This document shows, one piece after another, positions 27,330 to 38,050 of a stretch of DNA of 64,000 nucleotides. Source of the DNA: Planctomycetota bacterium. GTDB lineage: Bacteria; Planctomycetota; UBA1135; UBA2386. The stretch spans positions 4,128,001 through 4,192,000 of the forward strand of contig OZ245838.1 in the NCBI GenBank assembly GCA_965228735.1. Direction: 5' to 3'. The notes under the pieces are model-generated. The model was given only the letters and a program-made list of their open reading frames with translations. It had not been told where the DNA came from and did no database searches. Numbering within the stretch: the first letter of the stretch is position 1; every line of letters begins with the position of its first letter. The position numbers and the translations under genes are program-made.

Positions 27330-29243
27330 ATGTCCGCAACCTCCGAGAAGCACACGTTCCAGGCCGAGGTCAACGAGGTCCTGTCCCTCGTCGTCAACTC
27401 GCTCTACTCGCACCGCGAGGTCTTCCTCCGCGAACTCATCAGCAACGCCGCCGATGCGATCGACCAGCTGAGCTTCCGCGCCCTGACCGACCACGACCTG
27501 CTCGGGAAGGACGAAGAACTGAAGATCGAGCTGATCCAGGACAAGGACGCCGGCACGCTGACGATCCGCGACAACGGGATCGGCATGAGCCACGACGAGC
27601 TGATCGAGAACCTCGGCACGATCGCGCGCTCCGGCAGCCGCAAGCTCGCCGAGTCGCTGTCCGCGGACCAGAAGAAGGACATCACGCTGATCGGCCAGTT
27701 CGGCGTCGGCTTCTACTCGGCGTTCCTCGTCGCCGACTCCGTGCGCGTGACCTCGCGCAAGGCGGGCAGCGACGAGACCTGGTCCTGGGAGAGCCAGGCG
27801 AAGGGCGACTTCGAGATCCAAAAGAGCGAGCGCGAGTCGCGCGGCACCGAGATCGTGCTGACGCTCAAGGACGACGCCAAGGAATACCTCGAGGAGTGGC
27901 CGGTCCGCGAGACCGTGCGCAAGTACAGCGACTACGTGCGCTGGCCGATCCAGATGGAGATCGAGCGCACCGAGGGCGAGGGCGACGACAAGAAGACGAC
28001 CAAGGAGTGGGTCAAGCTCAACGCCGCGAGCGCCCTGTGGACGCGCAGCAAGAGCGAGATCGAAGACGAGCAATACAACGAGTTCTACAAGTCGCTGTCG
28101 CACGACTGGCAGGCACCGCTCGCGTGGACGCACTTCCGCATCGAGGGCACGCATGAGCTCACGGGCCTGCTGTATCTGCCCGGCAAGGCGCCGTTCGACC
28201 TCGGCGGCGATCGCAAGAAGTCGGGCGTCCGCCTGTTCGTCAAGCGCGTCTTCATCATGGACGACGCGCAGGAGATCGTGCCGGAGTGGCTGCGCTTCGT
28301 GAAGGGCGTCGTCGACAGCGAGGACCTGCCGCTGAACGTCTCGCGCGAGATCCTGCAGAAGGACGCGACGACGCGGTTCATCAGGAAGCAGGTGATCGGC
28401 AAGACGCTGACACTGCTCGAGGAGCTCGCGGGCGAAGGCGAGATCGAACGCGAGGTCGACGGCGAGACACAGAAGACCGACCGTTACCTGCAGTTCTGGA
28501 ACGAGTTCGGCCGCTCGATCAAGGAGGGCGTCTACCACGAGTTCGACGCGCGGGAGCGACTCGCCGCGCTGCTGCGCTACCGCAACACGAACGGTGACGA
28601 CCTCACGAGTCTGGCGGCCTACGTCGAGCGCATGGACGACGAGCAGAAGTCGATCTACTTCGTCGCCGGCGACTCGCTCGCCGCGGTCAAGTCGAGCCCG
28701 CACATCGAGGCGCTGCAGAAGCGCGGCTACGAGGTGCTGTTCATGACCGACCCGATCGACGAGTGGGTCGTGGACGCGCTGCGCGAGTTCGACGGCAAGC
28801 CGTTCGTGTCCGCGGCCAAGGGCGCGCTCGACCTCCCCGAGACCGAGGAGGAGAAGAAGCAGAAGGAAGAGAAGGAGAAGGCGCTCGCGCCGGTCATCGA
28901 GCGCCTCGGCAAGTCGCTCGAGGAGAACGTCAAGACCGTGCGCGTCACCGACCGCCTGACCGACTCGCCCGCCTGCCTCGTCGCCGACCAGATGGGCATG
29001 AGCGCCAACCAGGAGCGCATGCTGCGCGAGGCGGGCCACGAGGTGCCCAAGCAGCAGCGCATCCTCGAGATCAACCCGGATCACCCGGTGATCCAGAAGC
29101 TCGAGTCGATGGGCGACGACGCGCAGTTCGGCGAGTGGTCGGCGCTGCTCTACGACCAGGCGCTGATCGCCGAGGGCGCGCTGCCCGAGGATCCGGGCGC
29201 ATTCGCGAAGCGCGTCGCGCAGCTGATGACCAGGGTCGACTGA
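27330..29243 (+). CDS. htpG: Molecular chaperone HtpG (Hsp90)
   Basis: FQAEV, SLYSHREVFLRELISNAADA, DNGIGM, NLGTIARSG, IGQFGVGFYSAF, DLPLNVSRE, LEINPDHP. Confidence 0.98.
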   Translation: MSATSEKHTFQAEVNEVLSLVVNSLYSHREVFLRELISNAADAIDQLSFRALTDHDLLGKDEELKIELIQDKDAGTLTIRDNGIGMSHDELIENLGTIARSGSRKLAESLSADQKKDITLIGQFGVGFYSAFLVADSVRVTSRKAGSDETWSWESQAKGDFEIQKSERESRGTEIVLTLKDDAKEYLEEWPVRETVRKYSDYVRWPIQMEIERTEGEGDDKKTTKEWVKLNAASALWTRSKSEIEDEQYNEFYKSLSHDWQAPLAWTHFRIEGTHELTGLLYLPGKAPFDLGGDRKKSGVRLFVKRVFIMDDAQEIVPEWLRFVKGVVDSEDLPLNVSREILQKDATTRFIRKQVIGKTLTLLEELAGEGEIEREVDGETQKTDRYLQFWNEFGRSIKEGVYHEFDARERLAALLRYRNTNGDDLTSLAAYVERMDDEQKSIYFVAGDSLAAVKSSPHIEALQKRGYEVLFMTDPIDEWVVDALREFDGKPFVSAAKGALDLPETEEEKKQKEEKEKALAPVIERLGKSLEENVKTVRVTDRLTDSPACLVADQMGMSANQERMLREAGHEVPKQQRILEINPDHPVIQKLESMGDDAQFGEWSALLYDQALIAEGALPEDPGAFAKRVAQLMTRVD

Positions 29244-29262
29244 GGGCAACCCTCGAAGCGCC

Positions 29263-29319
29263 CGGACCCCCGGGGTCGAATCCCGCGCGTTCGCGGGGCG
29301 ATTCCGGGCCCCGGATCCG
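29263..29319. terminator. GC-rich imperfect hairpin after htpG (possible terminator or mRNA-stabilising stem)
   Basis: CCGGGGTC-GAATC-CCGCG...CGCGG-GATTC-GGCCCCGG pairing; no U-tract. Confidence 0.4.
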
Positions 29320-29385
29320 CCGATGCCACGGGCCCGTCGACGACCGCACCAGCCCGCCTCCGCCGGTGGTCGATAACCGACGTGC

Positions 29386-31656
29386 TTGCGTATTCGCAGC
29401 CGGATCCTGGCCACCCTCGGTCTCGTCACCGTCGTTCCGATGGCAGCGGTCGTACTCGTCGCGCACGAGCGGGCTACCGATGCAGCCAAGAAGACCGCGG
29501 CTTCGCAGCTGCAGGCGGACGCCGACCGCGCCGCCGTCGGCCTCGCCGCCTACGTCCAGGACCAGCTCGGCCAGCTCGGCACGCTCGCGCGACTCGCGTC
29601 CGTTCGCACGACCGCGACGCAGGGCGACCTCGACAGCAACGCCCAGACCGCCGCCACGGCCGCGCTCACGGCGCTCGCCCAGCGTGACACCGAGGCCACC
29701 GTCGCCTGCGGGATCCTCGACCGCAACGGCCGCTGCGTGCTCGACGGCCTGCGAACCGCGAGCATCGGCCTCGACGAATCCCATCACGACTACGCGCGCA
29801 TCCCGCTGCACGACGGCTCGTCGTGGAGCGGCCACGCCGAGTGGATCGACTCCGCCTGGCCCTCGCTCGTGTTCGCGGTGCCCGTGCGCGGCGACGACGG
29901 CGAAGTGCAAGGCGCCGTCCGTCTCGTTCTCGAGAGCACGCGACTGCACAAACGGCTCACGGCGATCGGTCGCCACGGCGATCGCGCGCTGACGGCCGAC
30001 ACCATCGCGTTGCTCGATGCGCACGGCCAGGTCATCACGGACCTCGGTTCGCCGACCCACGCGTTCGGCATCAAGCGCATCTCCGCCAAGACCCCACCGG
30101 CCGGAGACCTGGCCGAGGTCGACTGGTTCGTCGCCGGCGCCACCCACCCGACGAACGGCTACGCCGCGCTCGCTCGCGTTCCCGGCAGCGCGTGGCGCCT
30201 CATGGCCTGGCAGAGCGCCCGGTCGCACGACGCGCCGTTGGCGGCGCTCGTCGTCGGCACCGCCGTGCAGGGCGGGGTCCTGATCGCGTTGCTTCTGATC
30301 ACCGCGATCCTCGCCTCGCGTCTCGTCGCCGGACCGATCACGCGCCTCGAAGCCGCGGCGCGCCAGATCGCGGACGGCAGCCTCAACATCGTTCTGCCCG
30401 AAGGCCAGGACGAGGTCGGCTCGCTCGGCCGCACGATCCAGCTGATGAAGGACCGGCTGCTCGCCGCGATGCACGAGCTCGAGGACTCGGCCGTGAGCGC
30501 GCGCGCCGCGTCACAGGTCAAGTCGCAGTTCCTCGCCAACATGAGCCATGAGCTGCGCACGCCGCTCACGGCGATCCTCGGCTACGCGGAGGTGGTGCTC
30601 GAGGACGCGGACATGCCGGCGCGCTCGCAGGACACGATCCGCACGATCCTGCGGAACGCGGACCACCTGCTGCAGCTCGTCAACGAGATCCTCGACCTCG
30701 CCAAGGTGGAGTCGGGCACGATGCGCGTCGAGCTGTCCGAGTTCCGCGCCGCCAAGCTCGTCGACGACACGGCCGAACTCCTGCGCATCAAGGCGCGCGA
30801 CAAGGGCATCGCGCTCGTCGTCGATGCTCCGGGCCCCGCTACGGTGATCCGTTCGGACGCGCTGCGCCTGCGTCAGATCCTGCTCAACCTCGCGGGCAAC
30901 GCGATCAAGTTCACCGATACCGGCTCCGTGACGATCCGCGCGTCGGTGTCACACGACCCCGACGAGCTCGTCTGCGAGGTCGCGGACACGGGCGCGGGGA
31001 TTCCCGCTGACCAGATCGAGGCGCTGTTCCGGCCGTTCTCCCAGGTCGACTCGGGGATGTCGCGCAAACACGGCGGCACGGGCCTCGGCCTCTCGATCAG
31101 CCAGCACTTCGCGAAGCTGCTCGGCGGCGAGATCACCTGCACGAGCACCCTCGGCGAAGGCAGCGTGTTTCGGCTGCGGATGCCCGTCGAATGCGTGGAG
31201 CAGAAGGCCAAACCGCGCGCGGCCGCACCCGCATCCGGCACCCCGACCATCGAAGGGCGAATCCTGCTCGTCGAGGACGGGCCCGACAACCAGCGCCTCT
31301 TCAGTCACGTGCTGAAGAAGGCCGGCGCCGAGGTCACGATCACGGACGACGGGTTGGCCGGTGTGAGAGCGCTCTGCGTCGACGGCGACGAGGACGGCGA
31401 GGCCGTCGACCCGTTGCCGTTCGACATGATCCTCATGGACATGCAGATGCCGGTCATGGACGGCTACGAAGCGACCCGCCGGCTGCGCGCGAAAGGCATC
31501 ACGCTGCCGATCGTCGCCCTCACCGCGCACGCCATGGGCGACGCCAAGCAGGAGTGCATCGACGCCGGCTGCGACCACTGCGCGACCAAGCCGATCGGCG
31601 GCCGCGCGCTCGTGCAACTGTGCGCGGACTGGCTCGGCCACCGCGTCAGTCGATGA
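29386..31656 (+). CDS. Hybrid sensor histidine kinase/response regulator (TM, Cache-like, HAMP, HisKA, HATPase, REC)
   Basis: FLANMSHELRTPL, NLAGNAIKFT, DTGAGI, GGTGLGL, ILMDMQMPVMDG, ALTAHA, TKP. Confidence 0.95.
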   Translation: MRIRSRILATLGLVTVVPMAAVVLVAHERATDAAKKTAASQLQADADRAAVGLAAYVQDQLGQLGTLARLASVRTTATQGDLDSNAQTAATAALTALAQRDTEATVACGILDRNGRCVLDGLRTASIGLDESHHDYARIPLHDGSSWSGHAEWIDSAWPSLVFAVPVRGDDGEVQGAVRLVLESTRLHKRLTAIGRHGDRALTADTIALLDAHGQVITDLGSPTHAFGIKRISAKTPPAGDLAEVDWFVAGATHPTNGYAALARVPGSAWRLMAWQSARSHDAPLAALVVGTAVQGGVLIALLLITAILASRLVAGPITRLEAAARQIADGSLNIVLPEGQDEVGSLGRTIQLMKDRLLAAMHELEDSAVSARAASQVKSQFLANMSHELRTPLTAILGYAEVVLEDADMPARSQDTIRTILRNADHLLQLVNEILDLAKVESGTMRVELSEFRAAKLVDDTAELLRIKARDKGIALVVDAPGPATVIRSDALRLRQILLNLAGNAIKFTDTGSVTIRASVSHDPDELVCEVADTGAGIPADQIEALFRPFSQVDSGMSRKHGGTGLGLSISQHFAKLLGGEITCTSTLGEGSVFRLRMPVECVEQKAKPRAAAPASGTPTIEGRILLVEDGPDNQRLFSHVLKKAGAEVTITDDGLAGVRALCVDGDEDGEAVDPLPFDMILMDMQMPVMDGYEATRRLRAKGITLPIVALTAHAMGDAKQECIDAGCDHCATKPIGGRALVQLCADWLGHRVSR

Positions 31657-32161
31657 GCGGCGCGAGCGCCTCCTGCCACAGGCGCAGCCTGGTCGCCCGA
31701 TCGGTGCCCGCGTTCGCCGGGCTCGTCGACGGCAGCCGCACGCTCCGGATCTCGCGCTCGAGCGCCAAGAGCTGCGGCCGGGCGCGCTTCTCGAACCCGT
31801 CGTGCGCAGCCGCGCCGTTGCACAGCACGTCGGCGATCCCGGCGTGATCCGCGAAGAACGTGGCGAAGTCGTTCGCCTCGACAGTGCGCGCGACGATCGC
31901 CGAATCGAGGCTGCCCTCGCGTTCACAGCTCTGCATGACGTCCCACAGCGCGATGCCGGCCCGCTGCAAGGCGCGGGTCCGCGCCGCGTAGTCGAGCGTC
32001 GGGTCGAAGCCGCAGATCGTGCCGACGATCTGCCAGAACGCGTTCTGCGGATGCGCGTAGTACTCCGCCGCGGCGAGCGACCGCACCCCCGGCATGCTGC
32101 CGAGGATCAGCACCCGCGCCGACCGATCCGCGATCGGCGCGAAGCTGCGGACGCGTGACAT
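31646..32161 (-). CDS. DNA-deoxyinosine glycosylase (UDG superfamily)
   Basis: VLILGSMPG..SL....YYAHPQNAFW, IALWDV, GSLDSAI, LPSTSPAN. Confidence 0.9.
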   Translation of the reverse strand: MSRVRSFAPIADRSARVLILGSMPGVRSLAAAEYYAHPQNAFWQIVGTICGFDPTLDYAARTRALQRAGIALWDVMQSCEREGSLDSAIVARTVEANDFATFFADHAGIADVLCNGAAAHDGFEKRARPQLLALEREIRSVRLPSTSPANAGTDRATRLRLWQEALAPLID

Positions 32162-32178
32162 GCCCCGCTGCGCGCCTC

Positions 32179-34875
32179 TCAGCGCGTCTCTCCTCGCTGG
32201 GCGCCGGCGCCGAGGATGGCGTTGAACACGAACTTGAACGTGCCGATCGGCTGCCCCCGATAGGTCACGTCCGCGCCGTAGAGCACGATCCGGCCCTTGC
32301 CGACCTTCGCCTCGACGACGGCCGCCTTGCCGGCGAGCCGTTCGGCGCCGATCGCCCAACCGGACAGCAACGGGTCCTCCGCGCGATACGTCGCGACCGC
32401 GGTGACCGGCGCGTCCGAATCCGTGATCTCGAGGATCGTCGAACTCCGCCGCACCATCGCAGCGAGCTCCTTCGGGCAGCCGGCCGCGAGAGCGTGCGAC
32501 CGATCGACCTCGATCGCGAGCAGCGAGCCGGGGCAGTAGAACTCCTCGCGGTTCGCGAGCCGCTCCCCGTCGCCTTCCGTCTCGGACTCGCCCTCTTCGT
32601 TCGCCGGCACGTGCACGCCGACCTTGATCGGCAGATCGAAGTGCTTGATCACCTTCGTGCATTCGCCGCCGAACGCGAGCAGCGTGCCGCCGCCCTCGAC
32701 GAACGCACGGATCGCGGGCAGCGCGGCTTCGCTCGTGAGCGCGGTCGATCGCGCCTCGAGGTCGCTCCAGTCCTCGAACGGCGGCAGCGCATCTTTCAGC
32801 TTCTCGAGATCCGGCGGATTGCGGCGCCGCATCGAACGCTGCAGGTCGCGCGGGCCGGGCAGGCCGGTGTGGAACATCAGCACGTCGTAGTCCCGCGCGA
32901 GTTCGCCGGCGTGGATCCGCTCGCCGAAGACGCGCTGCACCGCGAAGCCGTAGTCCTCGAGCACCCACTGGTCCCAGCCCGTCGGCATGTGGCCGCCGAA
33001 GCGGTCGAACAGGCCGACGCGCGCCCGGCGCAGCGGCGTGGGCGGCGACGCGTCCCCACGTTTGCCCTCCCGAATGCGCATGTCGGCAACGCTCGCGACC
33101 TCGGCGAGAACAGCGACGGAGTCGGCATCGAGGTCCACGACGAACCCGCCGTCCCCCTGCGCGACGGGACGACCCGCCGCGAGCAGCCGGTTGGCGGCCA
33201 GCGTGCTGTGGCTGTCGCGTGCGTCGAGCCAGTACTGCCCCGTGGCCGCGGGCAACAGGTTGCGCTCCGTCAGCCCGACGGCGCCGAGGCGCTCGAGCTT
33301 CTGCATCGTCGCATCGTCGAGCCCGTCGAAGCCACGCTCGACCTCGACGCCCATCTGCATCGCAAGCGTCCAGCCGGCCGCGTCGTATGGCGGCACGGGT
33401 TTGCCGTTCTGCGTGTCGTCCGGATGCCACTGCGGCTCGAACATGTCCATCACGTGCGGCCGGTAGGCCTGCGCCGTCAACACGACGAGCGAGCCCGCGG
33501 GCATCGCCTTGCCAGAGAGCTCGAACGCGGCGCGGGCGCGATGCACCTCGACGCCACAACGGTCGAGCGCGCGCGCGAACCGCCGCGCGGCAGCCCAGTC
33601 GCGCTGATTGCGCGGCAGCACATAAACGCGCGGATCACGCAGCGCGGGATCCGAGAACGCGGTCTCCGACTCCTCCCGCTCCTCCGCCGCCGCCATGAGC
33701 TTCGGCGTCACCGTCCAGTGATCGCGGCTGCCGCGCTCGATCGAGCGCGACGCCATCGTCCAGATCCCGTGCAGCAGCTCGCGGCGATAGCGCGCCGCGT
33801 AGTCGAGGATCGCGAAGTTCGCGGTCTGCATGTATTCGATCGTCTGCCGCGCGTGCCACATCTGCGTCGGGACGGGATCGGGGTAGTCGCCGTAGGGCAG
33901 GCGCCGCCGCATCGTCTGCGTGATCTTCGTCGGCGCCGGCCGGCCGAACGACTCCGTGAGGATGCCGATCACGTTGTGGAAGTAGTTCACGGTGCGCAAA
34001 CCCCCGTTCCACCACGTCGAGTACGACGCGCCGCTCTCGCTGATGATCCCGGGCTTGCCCTCGTAGGCGAAGCGCGCGTTCATGTGCGCGCTCACGAGCT
34101 CGATGCCGCGCGCGACCATCGGGTCGACGTGGTAGTTCATCGGATCGCGGAACGGCGGCGTGTACATGATCGTCCCCCGCGGCGCCGACTGGTGGTGGTT
34201 GTAGACGATCTGGGGGCACCACGTCTTGTAGAAGACCCGCGTCGTGTTCTGCGTCTCGACCTGGTTGCACGCGTAGAAGTCGCGGTTGTTGTCGTGGCCG
34301 ACGTAGCGCTGGTAGAGCACGGGGATCGCCATGTTGCGCGTCGCGCGATAGGCGTTGGCGATGAGCTCGTAGCCGTCCGGGTTGACGGGACACGCGAGCA
34401 GCACGACCTCGTCGAGGATGCGTTTCACCTCCGCGTCGTCGCGCGACACCATCTGCCAGACGAGCTCGATGATGTTCTGTCCGGCGATCGACTCGGTCGC
34501 GTGCAGGCCCGCATCGATCCACACGACGGCGCGGCCCTCGTCGGCGAACGCCCGGGCCGCGGCACCGTCCAGGCGCCCCTTGCTGAGCTGACACGAGATG
34601 TCGCGCAGTCGTTCGACCCGCGCGAGGTTCGCGGGCGAGCTGATGACCGCCATGAGCGTGCGCTGCCCGTAACTCGTCGGGCCGATGTCGACGAGCCGCA
34701 TCCGGTCGCTGCCCGCCTCGAGCTTGCGGAAGTAGCGCACCATGTCGGTGTAGTTGCAGAGCTGGTAGTCGGCGCCGACCTCGTGGCCGAGGAAGTCGGT
34801 CGGACTCGGGAGCTGCGACAGTGCGCTCCCGGTCAGCAGGGCGAGCGCGAGAATCGTGGCGGGGCCGTTCGGCAT
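32179..34875 (-). CDS. Secreted M14-family zinc carboxypeptidase with a C-terminal GATase-like domain
   Basis: Signal peptide; GLHATE (HxxE), NPDG, DNNRD, NHHQ. Confidence 0.9.
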   Translation of the reverse strand: MPNGPATILALALLTGSALSQLPSPTDFLGHEVGADYQLCNYTDMVRYFRKLEAGSDRMRLVDIGPTSYGQRTLMAVISSPANLARVERLRDISCQLSKGRLDGAAARAFADEGRAVVWIDAGLHATESIAGQNIIELVWQMVSRDDAEVKRILDEVVLLACPVNPDGYELIANAYRATRNMAIPVLYQRYVGHDNNRDFYACNQVETQNTTRVFYKTWCPQIVYNHHQSAPRGTIMYTPPFRDPMNYHVDPMVARGIELVSAHMNARFAYEGKPGIISESGASYSTWWNGGLRTVNYFHNVIGILTESFGRPAPTKITQTMRRRLPYGDYPDPVPTQMWHARQTIEYMQTANFAILDYAARYRRELLHGIWTMASRSIERGSRDHWTVTPKLMAAAEEREESETAFSDPALRDPRVYVLPRNQRDWAAARRFARALDRCGVEVHRARAAFELSGKAMPAGSLVVLTAQAYRPHVMDMFEPQWHPDDTQNGKPVPPYDAAGWTLAMQMGVEVERGFDGLDDATMQKLERLGAVGLTERNLLPAATGQYWLDARDSHSTLAANRLLAAGRPVAQGDGGFVVDLDADSVAVLAEVASVADMRIREGKRGDASPPTPLRRARVGLFDRFGGHMPTGWDQWVLEDYGFAVQRVFGERIHAGELARDYDVLMFHTGLPGPRDLQRSMRRRNPPDLEKLKDALPPFEDWSDLEARSTALTSEAALPAIRAFVEGGGTLLAFGGECTKVIKHFDLPIKVGVHVPANEEGESETEGDGERLANREEFYCPGSLLAIEVDRSHALAAGCPKELAAMVRRSSTILEITDSDAPVTAVATYRAEDPLLSGWAIGAERLAGKAAVVEAKVGKGRIVLYGADVTYRGQPIGTFKFVFNAILGAGAQRGETR

Positions 34876-34932
34876 ACGCCGATCGTAGATCGGCGGCGCC
34901 GTCCACCCACGATTCTTCGCCGCCGTGACAGC

Positions 34933-37900
34933 TCAGTTACCGACGGTCGTGATCACGCCGTTGCTCAGATCCCACCCGTCCGGGTGCGGCGTCGGCGTGA
35001 TCGCCGCCTGGTTCGCGACCCGAATCCCGAGCAGCACCGGCGAGTTCGGAACGAAGACGCTGAACTGCGCTTCCCCCTGCACCACGCCGCTGAGGCCGGC
35101 GTCGACCGCCGTGCCCGCGAGCATGAGCAGCAGACAGTCGTTCGTCACGGGCATCGGCTCGGAGCCGGTCAAGCCGAGGAGCAGCCACGCGACGGCGCCG
35201 GCCGTGATCCCCTCGCATCGGGAGTTGACGATCGTGCCGACCACGGGATCGTCGACGAGCAGCCGCGGCGCACCGCGACCGGCCGCGCAGGCCGCGCCGA
35301 TCGACACCGCGGACGCGCCGACGTCGAGGCCCCACAGCTCGGCACCCGTCGTGCCGTCGTCGCCGACGAACATCACCTGGTTGGCGTGGACGAGACCCAT
35401 CGCCAACGCCTGCAGGCCACCCGACGGCAGCACGGTCGTCGTCGCTGGCGTGCCGCCGGTGCGGTACAGGACCGATCCGGCAGCGGTCTGCGACCAGAAG
35501 TACGCGAACCTCGTGCCCGGCGCGACCGGCGGCGCGAAGACGCCGCCGACCCCCGCCGCGGAGTCGACGAGGAGTTCCGTGCCGGCTGCCGTCCCGTCGC
35601 TGACGAAGACCTCGGGGCCGGTCACCGTGGTGTCCGCGACGAACAGCACGCGATCGCCGAACGGCACGAGCTCACCGATCGTCGCACCGCCCGCACCCGG
35701 TTCGAGATCGGCGACGCGCTGCGTGCCGGCCGGAGTGCCGTCGGTCGCCCACAGCTCGGTGCCGTTCACGCCGTCGTCGGCGACGAACCAGACCCGCCCG
35801 CCGGCATACGTCATGCCGGTCGGATCACCGCTGCCGGCACCGGGCTGGATGTCGGCGAGCTGGAACGTCCCGGTCCCCGTGAGATCCGAGATCCACAGCT
35901 CGCGTCCGTTCGTCGTCGTCGTCGCAGCGAACACGAGGCGGTCACCGAGCACGCAGAGGTCCGCGGGCGACGAGCTGCCGCCGAACGGCTCGATATCGAG
36001 CACGATGAAGCTCGCACCGTCGTGCGCGATCAGCTCGCGGCCGTCGAACGGGCGCGTCGCCGCGAAGCACAACCACTCGCCGAGTTGCACGAGATCGTCC
36101 GGATCCGAACCCGTGATCCCGCCCGAGATGTCCTCGAGCAGCGTCGTGCCGGCCGCCGTGCCGTCGCTGACCCAGACCTCGGAACCCGTTGCCGGCGTCG
36201 TCGCGACGAACGCGAGGCGACCGCGCCAGTCCATGAGGTGGTCGGGATCCGACCCGGCCACGCCCGGCACGATGTCCGCGACGAGACTCGCGGCGCCGGC
36301 ACCGTCGACCCGCCACAGCTCGCGCCCCGTCGTGCCGCCCGACCCGTCGTCGGCCGTGAAGTAGAGGTAGCGCCCGGCCCGCGTGATCGAACGGGGATCG
36401 CTGCCGCCGAACGGCGCGATGTCCGCCACGCGCGTGGTCGTCACCCCGTCGGTGCGCCACAGCTCACGCCCCGCGATGTCGTCCTCGGCGGAGAAGAACG
36501 CGGCCTCGTAGTCGGCCGTGAGTTCACGCGGCGCGGACGAGTCGGCCGTCCCGAGGCCCGGCGACAGATCGATGATCTGCTGCGTTCCCGCGGTCGTCCC
36601 GTCGCTGCGCCACGGCTCGACGCCGGAGACTCCGTCGTCGCCCGCGAAGATCGCGTCGGTGCCGAGCACGGCGATCCCGCGGCCGACGCCGTTGCCGATC
36701 GGCCGCACGTTCCGCACGAGCGTGGCCGCGGCCGGCGTCGCGTAATACAGCTCCCGCCCGACGCCCGACCCGAGCGCGGAGAAGTAGACGTCGTTGCCGA
36801 CCGGCGTGATGTCACGTGGGTTCGACCACGCGAAGCCAGTCGCGAGATCGCCGAGCAGCGTGACGACGCCGCCGACGGCCGAGTAGAGCTCCTTGCCGGT
36901 CGTGGACGTGGTCGCCGCGAAGTACAGCGTGTTGCCGGCCGCGACGAAGTCCCGCGGGAACGAGTGCCCGGCGCCCGGTTCGATCTCGGTCACGATCGCG
37001 GTGTTGGCCGCCGTGCCGTCGGTCGACCAGAGTTCGGACCCCGACGCCGCCGTCATGTGCGAGAAGTAGATGCGATTGCCGACCGCGGTCAGGTAGGCCG
37101 GGGCGCTGCCGGTCGCGTTCAGACCGACGACGAGCTGCGTGTTCTGCGCGGTCCCGTCCGTCGAGTAGATCCCGCGGCCGCCCGGTCCATTCGCGGAGAA
37201 GTAGACGCGATGCCCCTGGTTGGGCAGCACCGCGTCACAGAACCACCGCGGTTCGTCCGGTCCCAAGGCCCATACGTCGAGCCGCTGCGTGCCGGCCGGC
37301 GTGCCATCCGTCACCCACAGGTCGCGACCGTTCGTGCCGTCGTCCTTGTCGAAGAACACGAGGCTCCCCGCGTACGCGATCGCGTCGTTCGGCGCCATGC
37401 CCGCGATCCCGGGTTCGATGTCACGCAGCAGCATCGTCGTCGCGGGCGTGCCCTGGCTGACCCAGGGCTCGAAGCCGTGCGCGTCGTCCTGCGCGAAGAA
37501 GATCGCCGTGCCGTTCAGATCGACGATCCGTTCGGGGAAGCTGCCCTGGGCCCCGGGGCGGATGTCGGCGACGAGCACGGTGCCCGCCGGCGTCCCGTCC
37601 GAACGCCAGAGTTCGCGTCCGACTGGTGTGTCCGTGGCGACGAACCACAGCTCGTTCCCGACCGGCGTCGCCCACTCCATCAACGCCTCGGCGGGCGGGA
37701 ACGCGCGCAGGAGCCGCGTCCCGGCGGCGGTGCCGTCGGTGCAGAACAGACCCGGCCCGGACACCGGATCGACCGCGGTGAAGTACACGAGCCCGCCGGC
37801 CTCGACGCAGTCGCGCACCGCCGACGACGGCGGGTTGGAGAACGTCGCGCGGATATCGGCGATGAGGACCGGCGATTGCGCGGTGACAGCGGCGGTGAGC

Positions 37901-37941
37901 AGCAGCCCGAGCAGGGAACGGCAAGAACGGTGTAGCGCCAT
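34933..37941 (-). CDS. ELWxxDGT-repeat secreted protein with the shared C-terminal domain
   Basis: Signal peptide MALHRSCRSLLGLLLTAAVTAQ; more than 15 repeats of G.ELW.(S/T)DGT.AGT..(V/L).DI.PG. Confidence 0.93.
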   Translation of the reverse strand: MALHRSCRSLLGLLLTAAVTAQSPVLIADIRATFSNPPSSAVRDCVEAGGLVYFTAVDPVSGPGLFCTDGTAAGTRLLRAFPPAEALMEWATPVGNELWFVATDTPVGRELWRSDGTPAGTVLVADIRPGAQGSFPERIVDLNGTAIFFAQDDAHGFEPWVSQGTPATTMLLRDIEPGIAGMAPNDAIAYAGSLVFFDKDDGTNGRDLWVTDGTPAGTQRLDVWALGPDEPRWFCDAVLPNQGHRVYFSANGPGGRGIYSTDGTAQNTQLVVGLNATGSAPAYLTAVGNRIYFSHMTAASGSELWSTDGTAANTAIVTEIEPGAGHSFPRDFVAAGNTLYFAATTSTTGKELYSAVGGVVTLLGDLATGFAWSNPRDITPVGNDVYFSALGSGVGRELYYATPAAATLVRNVRPIGNGVGRGIAVLGTDAIFAGDDGVSGVEPWRSDGTTAGTQQIIDLSPGLGTADSSAPRELTADYEAAFFSAEDDIAGRELWRTDGVTTTRVADIAPFGGSDPRSITRAGRYLYFTADDGSGGTTGRELWRVDGAGAASLVADIVPGVAGSDPDHLMDWRGRLAFVATTPATGSEVWVSDGTAAGTTLLEDISGGITGSDPDDLVQLGEWLCFAATRPFDGRELIAHDGASFIVLDIEPFGGSSSPADLCVLGDRLVFAATTTTNGRELWISDLTGTGTFQLADIQPGAGSGDPTGMTYAGGRVWFVADDGVNGTELWATDGTPAGTQRVADLEPGAGGATIGELVPFGDRVLFVADTTVTGPEVFVSDGTAAGTELLVDSAAGVGGVFAPPVAPGTRFAYFWSQTAAGSVLYRTGGTPATTTVLPSGGLQALAMGLVHANQVMFVGDDGTTGAELWGLDVGASAVSIGAACAAGRGAPRLLVDDPVVGTIVNSRCEGITAGAVAWLLLGLTGSEPMPVTNDCLLLMLAGTAVDAGLSGVVQGEAQFSVFVPNSPVLLGIRVANQAAITPTPHPDGWDLSNGVITTVGN

Positions 37942-38050
37942 GAACGAAAACTCCAGCGTGCGTCGGCACCGGATCTCGGCGCCCACCTCACGGAGCGCAC
38001 CCGGGCCCTCACAGCGCACAGGATTTCTGCACGTGCTACCTTCTGCCGCG

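Noticed and set aside
29272..29290. GGGGTCGAATCCC resembling a tRNA T-arm
   Set aside because: The loop lacks TTC and no acceptor, D or anticodon arms can be built; it is part of a hairpin after htpG
32155..37935. 1926-aa plus-strand ORF, and similar long ORFs such as 13116..15296, 27123..29489, 38447..40630 and 55191..57350
   Set aside because: Antisense shadows of real genes in high-GC DNA; Arg/Ala-rich with no motifs, and fully overlapping well-supported genes
34933..37941. Periodic DNA repeats suggesting a CRISPR array
   Set aside because: They are degenerate in-frame ELWxxDGT protein repeats; there are no identical repeats with unique spacers and no cas genes
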